From a virus: a stretch of DNA of 64,000 nt. The position numbers and the translations under genes were made by a program. Below, piece by piece: positions 26,517-34,053 of the stretch (positions are counted from its first letter, which is position 1; each line of letters begins with the position of its first letter). The stretch is from the IMG/VR virus record IMGVR_UViG_3300045988_111022; one strand, given 5' to 3'. Below the pieces are notes generated by a model. That model did no database searches. It was given only the letters and a program-made list of their open reading frames with translations, and had not been told where the DNA came from.

Positions 26517-26921
26517 GTGCCGTGCTATGAGGTCGCAATCGAAGCAAGAAAAAATGATACGGCAGAAAAATGTATATTTTCTGCATGGATTCGTGGAGAA
26601 AACACTCCGAAAGCTGTAGAAGAAGCCTTGCAGAAAGTAGCTTATGAGCACCCCGATTTTGGAATGCTGCGCCCGGTATGCGTAGAAGAGCAAAAATCGG
26701 TAGCAGCGTGTTGGCAGGAAGCATCGGCACCTCGCCGGCAGTGGAAAATAGTTCATAAGTACAAAGTGGAATATAGATCCCCAGTGAGTAATAGGAAACT
26801 GCTCAAAAAATCTTATGTGTGGGCAGTATCCGCAGAAGAAGCTGTGGGCTATGCAAAAGAGAATGTTGGAATTTCGGGACTTATAGTGAATGCGGAGGAA
26901 TCTAATGAATCTGATTCGTGA
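26517..26921 (+). CDS. Hypothetical protein (134 aa)
   Basis: Long ORF in operon context. GTG start. Confidence 0.55.
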   Translation: MPCYEVAIEARKNDTAEKCIFSAWIRGENTPKAVEEALQKVAYEHPDFGMLRPVCVEEQKSVAACWQEASAPRRQWKIVHKYKVEYRSPVSNRKLLKKSYVWAVSAEEAVGYAKENVGISGLIVNAEESNESDS

Positions 26922-27057
26922 AATTTTCTTTAGTCCGATGGTCGTGGATGCGGCCGGAATTATCCTGATCGCGGCCGCATTGCCCATGGCGGGCTGGTCC
27001 TGGGCCGTGAATCACATGGCGGGCCCGAAGGTCAAAAATGCAAAGGAGGGCACATGA
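26905..27057 (+). CDS. Small membrane protein (50 aa)
   Basis: GCGGAGGAA RBS. One TM helix (VVDAAGIILIAAALPMAGW). Confidence 0.45.
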   Translation: MNLIREIFFSPMVVDAAGIILIAAALPMAGWSWAVNHMAGPKVKNAKEGT

Positions 27058-27185
27058 AAGCACATCTGGCGTTCCTGTGCAATGGCCGGTGCCAGTGGTG
27101 TAAGAACTATTGGAACTGCAGCAAAACAAAAAGGCTCTTGGCAAAAATTTGGGGGTGCAAAGATTGGAGATGGCAAAACAGATGA
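27054..27185 (+). CDS. Small Cys-rich protein (43 aa)
   Basis: AAGGAGGG RBS 5 nt upstream. ATGA coupling. CNGRCQWC...C...C. Confidence 0.4.
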   Translation: MKAHLAFLCNGRCQWCKNYWNCSKTKRLLAKIWGCKDWRWQNR

Positions 27186-27874
27186 AGAACATTCGCCAGC
27201 AGCGGGCCGATGAACGGGATAAGACGGCGCAGATCTTCACTTGGTGTATGGTAGTGGCCATGCACCAGGAAGAGGGCATTGGAGCTACGCGCCTAGAGCG
27301 GGCCTGTAATGAAATGCACGAGTTTCAGCAGCGGTACAAAACAAAAATCCTGACCGAGAACCGCAAAAGCGCAACAGATGCTATGCGGGAGGACTTGAAG
27401 GGCATCTGCGATTTCGAGATCCGGCTTCCGCAGACTAAAGCTCCGCGCAACCGCAGGGAAGAACAGATTCGCATGGCTCAGAATGAGGGGGCGGAAATTG
27501 CATGGTTGGTTATGGCGGCGACAACGCACCTGACCTTCGGTTTCGGTAAGGAACGGCTTGCCCGCCTGAAGCGGGAAACGCTGGATAATTACCGGCAGTA
27601 CATCGGATGGGTAGAGCAGGACGGTGAAGCCTACGCAATGGAGCTGCTTCGCCGCTGTTCGGAGCAGGCTTTGCAGGAAGAACTCAAAGTCAACGATATG
27701 CGGGAAAGCAAGAATCATATCCTGCCCGGTGGCTTCGCAGAGACCCAGAGTGCGGATATGCTGTGGGCGATGGAGGCCGTATCGGCTAAGATGGCGGCAG
27801 AGCGGGGCATCAAGCGTGTGCCGCTGGCGGTTCTGAGTCAGAGCGAGGTGACCCGCAGGATGAAATCTATCTGA
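27170..27874 (+). CDS. Hypothetical protein with an internal tandem duplication; start uncertain (27110-27182)
   Basis: IFTWCMVVAMHQEEGIGATRLERACNEMHEFQQRY resembles IAWLVMAATTHLTFGFGKERLARLKRETLDNYRQY. Confidence 0.6.
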   Translation: MAKQMKNIRQQRADERDKTAQIFTWCMVVAMHQEEGIGATRLERACNEMHEFQQRYKTKILTENRKSATDAMREDLKGICDFEIRLPQTKAPRNRREEQIRMAQNEGAEIAWLVMAATTHLTFGFGKERLARLKRETLDNYRQYIGWVEQDGEAYAMELLRRCSEQALQEELKVNDMRESKNHILPGGFAETQSADMLWAMEAVSAKMAAERGIKRVPLAVLSQSEVTRRMKSI

Positions 27875-27975
27875 GTAATAAAAAAGAGGATCGCTTGCGC
27901 AATCCCCCGATAGAGCAAGTCTATTATACCTAAATTGATGTATTTTGGCAACGATAGAACAGGAGGGTACGCAAA

Positions 27976-28542
27976 ATGACTATCCCGGAAGAAATGATGG
28001 CCGTTATTCAGGAAACTGCAAGAAAGGCTGCTCGTGAGGGCGCCAAGGAAGTTATCGCAGAACAGACCCGCAAAGCCGCAGGCCGCTGTGACCGCCGACT
28101 TCGGAACACGAAGCTGTTGCTGAAAAACTATCGGATGTTCAAGAAGCACTGCACGGGCGCGGTCTATACGGACGAAACGGGTGACCATGACGGCAAGGAA
28201 GAAGAAACTGCGCTGGAACTGCTTGATATGATGCTTCAGCGCAATAACGCGATTACGGTCGAATCGATCCGCAACTCCTGCCGCCGTACAAAAATCATGG
28301 TTCGTCATATTGATTCGATGCTGGCCCTGTACGAGACGTACTGCGAACAGAGCAAGAATGAGGCCCATAAGCGCGGCTACCGCATCATCAAAGCGATGTA
28401 CATTGACGACGAGGCCAAGTCCATTGAGCAGCTTGCGGCGCTGGAGGGCGTGAGCACCCGTCAGGCATACCGAGACCACGATGCAGCCGTTGAAAAAATC
28501 TCGGCGCTCATGTTCGGCATTGATGCCTTGGACATGGAGTAG
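27976..28542 (+). CDS. Sigma-70 region-4-like / ArpU-RinA-type late transcription regulator
   Basis: C-terminal HTH SIEQLAALEGVSTRQAYRDHDAAVEKISALMFG. LLKNYRMFK motif. Sits immediately before the packaging operon. Confidence 0.65.
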   Translation: MTIPEEMMAVIQETARKAAREGAKEVIAEQTRKAAGRCDRRLRNTKLLLKNYRMFKKHCTGAVYTDETGDHDGKEEETALELLDMMLQRNNAITVESIRNSCRRTKIMVRHIDSMLALYETYCEQSKNEAHKRGYRIIKAMYIDDEAKSIEQLAALEGVSTRQAYRDHDAAVEKISALMFGIDALDME

Positions 28543-28563
28543 GCCGATGTCAAAATCATGTCA

Positions 28564-28592
28564 TTTACACGGCATGAAAAATGTGGTAGAAT
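28564..28592 (+). promoter_or_regulatory. Candidate promoter of the late operon
   Basis: TTTACA (28564-28569), 17-nt spacer with TGTGG, then TAGAAT (28587-28592). Confidence 0.5.
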
Positions 28593-28623
28593 AATACCGT
28601 AAAATTCTAATCATAGCGCATTG

Positions 28624-28657
28624 CCCGCCCGGTTTCGCCACCGAGCGGGTATTTTTA
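28624..28657 (+). terminator. Terminator-like hairpin between the late promoter and the first late gene
   Basis: CCCGCCCGG (28624-28632) pairs with CCGAGCGGG (28641-28649) with 1 mismatch, followed by TATTTTTA. Confidence 0.45.
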
Positions 28658-28736
28658 TGCCCGGAAAGGAGGCAGAAAACCGCCGCTCCCCAATTTGACC
28701 CGCAACGCCAGCGGGATAGCAAAGAAGGGAGAAAAA

Positions 28737-29324
28737 ATGAATCAGCAAGTAGTGTATCAGGATATTTCGCAGATCCATCCCTATGAGAACAATCCCCGGA
28801 ACAACGAAGCGGCCATTGAGCCTGTTGCGCAGAGCATCAAGCGGTTTGGCTTCCGTGTCCCCATCCTCATCGACGGAAAAGGAACTATCATCGCAGGACA
28901 CACCCGCTATGAGGCCGCAAAACGGCTTGGCATGGACAAAGTGCCGTGTATTCGGGTCGATGACCTGACGGATGAGCAAATCCGCGCATACCGCATCGCA
29001 GACAACAAGGTGGCCGAGGCTTCTTCGTGGAATGATGATGTTCTCCGCGCCGAAATGGACGCGCTGAAAGCCTTGGACGTTGATTTGACGGACACGGGTT
29101 TCAGCGAGGTGGAGCTTGATGGGCTTCTTCGGGAAGTGGAGGATGCCGACTTCGAGGAGTTCTTTACGGAACCCGTCCAACAGCCGCCCAAAGCGGCCGA
29201 TGCAGAGCAGAGCGCCGAGACCCAGCAATCTACCCAACCGGAATCTTCTCAGCTCGCTGTGCCGCAGCAGAGCGGCTCTAAGCTCATCCAATGTCCGCAT
29301 TGCGGAGAATGGTTTGAGACATGA
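28737..29324 (+). CDS. ParB-like N-terminal domain nuclease
   Basis: I.PYENNPRNN...I..VAQSIKRFGFRVPILID..G.IIAGHTRYEAAKRLG...VPC. Confidence 0.85.
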   Translation: MNQQVVYQDISQIHPYENNPRNNEAAIEPVAQSIKRFGFRVPILIDGKGTIIAGHTRYEAAKRLGMDKVPCIRVDDLTDEQIRAYRIADNKVAEASSWNDDVLRAEMDALKALDVDLTDTGFSEVELDGLLREVEDADFEEFFTEPVQQPPKAADAEQSAETQQSTQPESSQLAVPQQSGSKLIQCPHCGEWFET

Positions 29325-30070
29325 GGCTATGTCTGGCAGGTACATTCCCGGCCGAGAAGATTGTGAAAGAGTACCATCCAGAATATGTTCTGGAGAGCTT
29401 CTTTTACATCCGACCATGGCAAATCGAAGAAATTCCAAAATGGAAAATGTTCCTGCTCGACAGCGGGGCATTTACTTTTATGCACGGTATAGAAGCGTCT
29501 TCAAAGCCGGTAGATTGGGATGGATACCTGAGTCGGTACATCGACTTTATCAACCGCAACAACGTGCAGCATTTCTTCGAGCTGGATGTGGATTCCATCG
29601 TAGGTTATGACGCTGTAAAACGCATGAGAGCGCGCCTTGAAGCAGAGACAGGAAAGCAAAGCATTCCGGTCTGGCACCGCTCCCGTGGTCTGGACGAGTT
29701 CAAGCGCCTGTGTAGGGATTATCCCTATATCGGCATCGGCGGCTTCGCAATCAAGCACATACAGCCCAGCGAGTACGGCTATATCCGTCGTTTGGTGCAG
29801 TATGCAAATTCTTGCGGGGTGCGGGTGCATGGTCTGGGGTACACCAAAAAGGATGCAGTGAGTTTCGGCTTTTACAGCGTGGACAGCACGACATGGACCA
29901 CACAGGTCAATTTCGGAGGGCTGTCATACTTCAATGGCACAGAGATGGTCGTGGTCAGACCGCCCAAGGGGATGATCGGCGCAGACTATCGCCGCCGCCG
30001 GGAGTACTCGTTGAGAGAGTGGATAAAGTACCAGAAATACCTTGATACGAAAGGAAAATGGCGTGGATAA
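29321..30070 (+). CDS. dpdA: DpdA-like DNA-guanine transglycosylase (TGT-fold, compact)
   Basis: Motifs colinear with TGT: FLLDSGAF, ELDVD, IPVWH, IGIGGFA, VHGLGYT, SVDSTTW. Confidence 0.6.
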   Translation: MRLCLAGTFPAEKIVKEYHPEYVLESFFYIRPWQIEEIPKWKMFLLDSGAFTFMHGIEASSKPVDWDGYLSRYIDFINRNNVQHFFELDVDSIVGYDAVKRMRARLEAETGKQSIPVWHRSRGLDEFKRLCRDYPYIGIGGFAIKHIQPSEYGYIRRLVQYANSCGVRVHGLGYTKKDAVSFGFYSVDSTTWTTQVNFGGLSYFNGTEMVVVRPPKGMIGADYRRRREYSLREWIKYQKYLDTKGKWRG

Positions 30071-30905
30071 AGAAATCGTCTACCGCGTCGAGGATGGCAT
30101 GGACAGGGAAAAGATTCTCTGCACCACCTACCAGATGCGGAATTTTTATATGCAGTTCAGAGACGGATTTTTCACCAATCTGGACGTTATGAACTATATC
30201 CAGCACCTCGCCGCCGCCCATATGGCGAAAAAAGGGATGAACGTGCTGGATGTGTGCTGTGGGCGCTCTCTGATGCTCCCGCTGCTGCGCTACTACGCAA
30301 AGGACATTGCATCCTACACTGGAGTGGACATCAGCAAGGCGAACATCAAGGAAGCGATGCGCGGCGCAACTGCAAAGAACCTCGAACCCAAGGATTTGGC
30401 CTCCTACTACCCGTTCCGGGTGGGCTGGAAGCTGGGCAACGTCGCAGAGATGTCTAAGGTCATCCCGGCGGGCTTTGCCGACTTCGTGATTTACACCTCC
30501 GCCATCGAGCATATGCACCCTACGGACGGCGCAAAAAGCCTTGTAGAATGCTACAAGGTGATGAAGCCGGGTGCAAAGATGTTTCTCTCCTGTCCGAACA
30601 CCCCAGGCAATGGGTATCAAACCCAGTACCGCGCTCATGTCTATGAGTGGGGCTACGATGAACTGAAAGCCAAGCTGACCGAAATCGGATTCAGTATTGT
30701 GCAGGAGGTCGGTTTGGTCACCAGCGTCCGCGAAATGGACGAGTTCTATTCCAAACAGCCGTCGGCGCTCAAGGATTTCTATGAACGCATGAAGTCCTAT
30801 GTCCCGTCTGCATTTCTCACAGCGTTTATGGCTATCCCATTCCCGCGTGAGGCGAAAGAGCTGTTGTTCATCGTCCAGAAGCCGAAAGGAGAGGAAAATG
30901 CCTAA
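30042..30905 (+). CDS. Class I SAM-dependent methyltransferase; start uncertain (30042, 30063 or 30099)
   Basis: VLDVCCGRSLM (motif I), YTGVDIS, FVIYTSAIEHM, LKPGAKMFLSCPN. Confidence 0.8.
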   Translation: MIRKENGVDKEIVYRVEDGMDREKILCTTYQMRNFYMQFRDGFFTNLDVMNYIQHLAAAHMAKKGMNVLDVCCGRSLMLPLLRYYAKDIASYTGVDISKANIKEAMRGATAKNLEPKDLASYYPFRVGWKLGNVAEMSKVIPAGFADFVIYTSAIEHMHPTDGAKSLVECYKVMKPGAKMFLSCPNTPGNGYQTQYRAHVYEWGYDELKAKLTEIGFSIVQEVGLVTSVREMDEFYSKQPSALKDFYERMKSYVPSAFLTAFMAIPFPREAKELLFIVQKPKGEENA

Positions 30906-31209
30906 GTTCAAGAATGAGTATGGGGTGTCGAAAATCAAGTACACCCAGAAGTGCAGATGCTTTTGCCCTATCGGAAAGGCAGACTACACGAACAACTTCA
31001 CCGTGACTATCACTCCGAAGAAGTGGATCCCGGACTACTGCGAAATCGACAAGTTCATTCGTGAGCAGCTGGATGGAAAGAGCCTTGTCATTGAGGACGC
31101 CGCCTGCAAGCTGAAGCAGTGGCTCACGGGGGAGATTCATCCCTACTGGGTCGAGGTCGAGTCGGATGTGACCGACGGTGTGCACGGCCATGTAACGGTA
31201 ACAGTATAA
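30898..31209 (+). CDS. QueF-like T-fold protein (103 aa)
   Basis: CFCPIGKADYTNNFTVTITP...VIEDAACKL....PYWVEVE aligns with QueF CPKTGQPDFATIYISYIP...FHEDC...PRYIEV. The ESKSLK motif is not conserved. Confidence 0.55.
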   Translation: MPKFKNEYGVSKIKYTQKCRCFCPIGKADYTNNFTVTITPKKWIPDYCEIDKFIREQLDGKSLVIEDAACKLKQWLTGEIHPYWVEVESDVTDGVHGHVTVTV

Positions 31210-31223
31210 GGGAGGGGCGCAAG

Positions 31224-31685
31224 ATGAAAAATACTCGTGCTCTTTGCCAGACCGCCGTTGTTGCAGCATTGTATGTGGCGCTGACCACCTTGAACCCCCT
31301 GTCGTGGGGTGCAATCCAATTCCGGGTTGCAAATATGCTCTGTGCACTCCCGTTCAAGGACAAGAAATATGCCCCGGCGGTTCTGCTGGGAATCGCAATC
31401 GCAAACGCAACCAGCCCGTTTGGGCCTGTCGATGTGGCCTTTGGTCTGATGGCTGAGGGCGTGGCGTATCTCCTTGTTGTTTGGGGGCCGTGGAAAAAGC
31501 TGGGGATTTTGTGGAAAGCTGTTATCCTCTCTTTGTCCGTGGCTCTGTTCATCGGGGTGGAGCTGTACGCAATGGTGGGAGCGCCGTTCCTGCTGACGGC
31601 CGCAGGGCTGTTCGTTGGCACTTTCTTGGCCGTGGAACTCGGCAACATGGTGATTTCTAAAACCGCTCTTGCAAGAATCGTGTAA
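31224..31685 (+). CDS. queT: QueT-family queuosine-precursor transporter
   Basis: Polytopic membrane protein with GAIQFRVANMLCALPF, typical of QueT. Confidence 0.7.
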   Translation: MKNTRALCQTAVVAALYVALTTLNPLSWGAIQFRVANMLCALPFKDKKYAPAVLLGIAIANATSPFGPVDVAFGLMAEGVAYLLVVWGPWKKLGILWKAVILSLSVALFIGVELYAMVGAPFLLTAAGLFVGTFLAVELGNMVISKTALARIV

Positions 31686-31799
31686 GAGGGGGCGCGGCGC
31701 TGGCTCTGCAAAGGGTCGGCGCTTTTTCTTTGGAACAACATAACCGTCAGGCCAAATACCGGGCGAGCAGAACAAAGAGGGATAGTGGTGGCGATGTAG

Positions 31800-32654
31800 A
31801 TGGAAACGCGAGACAAGGCGTTCACCCTTTATAAGAAAGGGATGGGATGCACCGAAATCTCAAAGAAGCTGGGCGTATCGCTGAACACGGTCAAGTCTTG
31901 GAAAAAGCGGTATTGGGATGCACAAAAGGGTGCACCCAAGAAGCGCACCCCGTCGCACCCAAAGGGTGCATCTTCAAAATGCACCCAGCAAGACCCGGCG
32001 GCTCAGCCTGAGAAGAAACCGAATCTCGGCGGCGCGCCGAAAGGGAACGTCAATGCTGTTGGCAATCATGGCGGGGCACCGCCGGGAAATCAGAACGCGC
32101 TAAAGCACGGCGGTTGGTCTGCTGTGATGTTTGGCGCGTTTTCCGAAGAAAACCAGAAAGCTATACAGGACTGCACGAAAGACGTGGATGCAGAGGACCT
32201 GCTGATACAGGAGCTTCAACTGCTGACCGCCCGCGAAGCATTTCTGCTCCAGCGCATTACGGCGGCTCAGGAAAAGAAGCAGCACATCCAGTCGGTGCAT
32301 ACATCAAAATCCAGCAGGTCTTTTACCCGGCTGGATGAGGATAAAGAAAAAGAGGCCCACGACAAGGAGGTTTACATTGAGCGGATAGATGCAAAGGTGC
32401 AAAGGGAAGAGCGCCTTCCTGGCACCAGCGTTGAGACATCAACCACCACCGAATCAAGCTACCTTATCGTGGAGCGCTTAGAGCGGCTGTTGACCGATGT
32501 ACAGCGCCAGAAGTCTAAGGTGATACAGCAGCTTGCCGACCTGCGCAGAATGAGCAACAGCGGCAAGAATGAGCTGGTAGACGACTGGGTAGCGGCAGTC
32601 GAGGCGGCGGACGCAGAAGTGGAGGGTGAAGACGATGGCGCTGAGACAACGTGA
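31800..32654 (+). CDS. terS: Terminase small subunit
   Basis: N-terminal HTH (GMGCTEISKKLGVSLNTVKSWKKRY) and repeated GGAPKGN.NA/GGAPPGNQNALKHG motifs. Confidence 0.85.
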   Translation: METRDKAFTLYKKGMGCTEISKKLGVSLNTVKSWKKRYWDAQKGAPKKRTPSHPKGASSKCTQQDPAAQPEKKPNLGGAPKGNVNAVGNHGGAPPGNQNALKHGGWSAVMFGAFSEENQKAIQDCTKDVDAEDLLIQELQLLTAREAFLLQRITAAQEKKQHIQSVHTSKSSRSFTRLDEDKEKEAHDKEVYIERIDAKVQREERLPGTSVETSTTTESSYLIVERLERLLTDVQRQKSKVIQQLADLRRMSNSGKNELVDDWVAAVEAADAEVEGEDDGAETT

Positions 32655-34032
32655 AGTCTTCGCCAAACGGCTCCCGCTGTACCGCAAAGACCCCTGCTTG
32701 TTCTTCAAAGAGGTCACACGCTTCAAGCCGGATAGATGGCAAAAAGAAGCGGCCACGGCCATTGCACAGCACCGCAAAGTTTCCATCCGTTCAGGACAGG
32801 GCGTTGGAAAAACAGCTTTTGAAGCAAACTTGGTGCTCTGGTTTTTGGCTTGCTTCCCGTATCCCCGCGTCGTGTGCACGGCACCGACCCGCCAGCAGTT
32901 GAACGATGTGCTCTGGGCTGAGATTGCCAAGTGGCAGGAGCGCAGTCCTGTCTTGCAGGCCATGCTTGTATGGACAAAGACCCGCGTCTACATGAGGGGG
33001 CACGAGAAGCGCTGGTTCGCCGTGGCCCGCACGGCCACGAAGCCGGAAAATATGCAGGGCTTCCATGAAGACAATATGCTTTTCGTGGTGGACGAGGCAT
33101 CTGGCGTTGCCGACCCCATCATGGAGGCTATACAGGGTACGCTTTCCGGAGACAACAACCGCTTACTGATGTGCGGAAACCCAACGCAGAACACTGGCAC
33201 ATTCCACGATTCGCACACCGTGGATGCCCAGTCCTACTACTGCATGAAGGTGTCCAGCAGGGACAGCCCCCGCACGAATAAGCAAAATATCGCTGACTTG
33301 GAGCGAAAGTTCGGCAAGAACAGCAATGTGGTCCGCGTCCGTGTTGACGGCGAGTTCCCGGAAAATGAGGACGACGTCTTTATTCCGATGGCGCTTGCCA
33401 CAAAAGCGGTCAATACTGAACCGCTTGAGCACAGCACTCCGGCCAGAATCTCCATTGGGTGCGACGTGGCCCGCTTTGGCAACGACGACACCGCCATTGC
33501 GAAGAACATTGACGGGGACATTAAAAAGCTGGTCACGCGCCACGGCCAAGACCTGTACGCGACAGCCGATGACATTATCGAAATGTACAAGGCCCTGCGC
33601 ACAGCGTATCCGCAGTATCGCGGTCTGATCTATGCGATTATTGACGATACGGGTGTGGGCGGCGGAGTGACGGATATTCTCAACAGGGAGAAGATTCGGC
33701 AGAAGCTGAACAAACTCATGGTTGTTCCTGTCAATTTCTCGTCTGCTGTTCCTGACAAGGAAGCCGCCGGGAGATATGCCGATATTTCAACATGGATGTG
33801 GGCTGTCCTGCGCGACATGGCGGCGTCTGGTCTCCTGCATTTGCCGGATGACGCGACCTTGATAGGTCAGCTCACGACCCGCAAGTACATCTTCAGCGGC
33901 GCGCCCTCCAAGCTGAAACTTGAAAGCAAAGAGGCTCTAAAGAAGCGCGGCCTGACCAGCCCGGACCGGGCTGATGCAGTTGCGCTGGCATTATACGAGG
34001 GCGGAATTTTTGATGTCCACAGCCTGATTTAA
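32635..34032 (+). CDS. terL: Terminase large subunit
   Basis: Walker A-like SGQGVGKT, Walker B MLFVVDEASGV, C-terminal nuclease-like region. Confidence 0.9.
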   Translation: MALRQREVFAKRLPLYRKDPCLFFKEVTRFKPDRWQKEAATAIAQHRKVSIRSGQGVGKTAFEANLVLWFLACFPYPRVVCTAPTRQQLNDVLWAEIAKWQERSPVLQAMLVWTKTRVYMRGHEKRWFAVARTATKPENMQGFHEDNMLFVVDEASGVADPIMEAIQGTLSGDNNRLLMCGNPTQNTGTFHDSHTVDAQSYYCMKVSSRDSPRTNKQNIADLERKFGKNSNVVRVRVDGEFPENEDDVFIPMALATKAVNTEPLEHSTPARISIGCDVARFGNDDTAIAKNIDGDIKKLVTRHGQDLYATADDIIEMYKALRTAYPQYRGLIYAIIDDTGVGGGVTDILNREKIRQKLNKLMVVPVNFSSAVPDKEAAGRYADISTWMWAVLRDMAASGLLHLPDDATLIGQLTTRKYIFSGAPSKLKLESKEALKKRGLTSPDRADAVALALYEGGIFDVHSLI

Positions 34033-34053
34033 CGTAATCGGAAAGGAGAAAGC

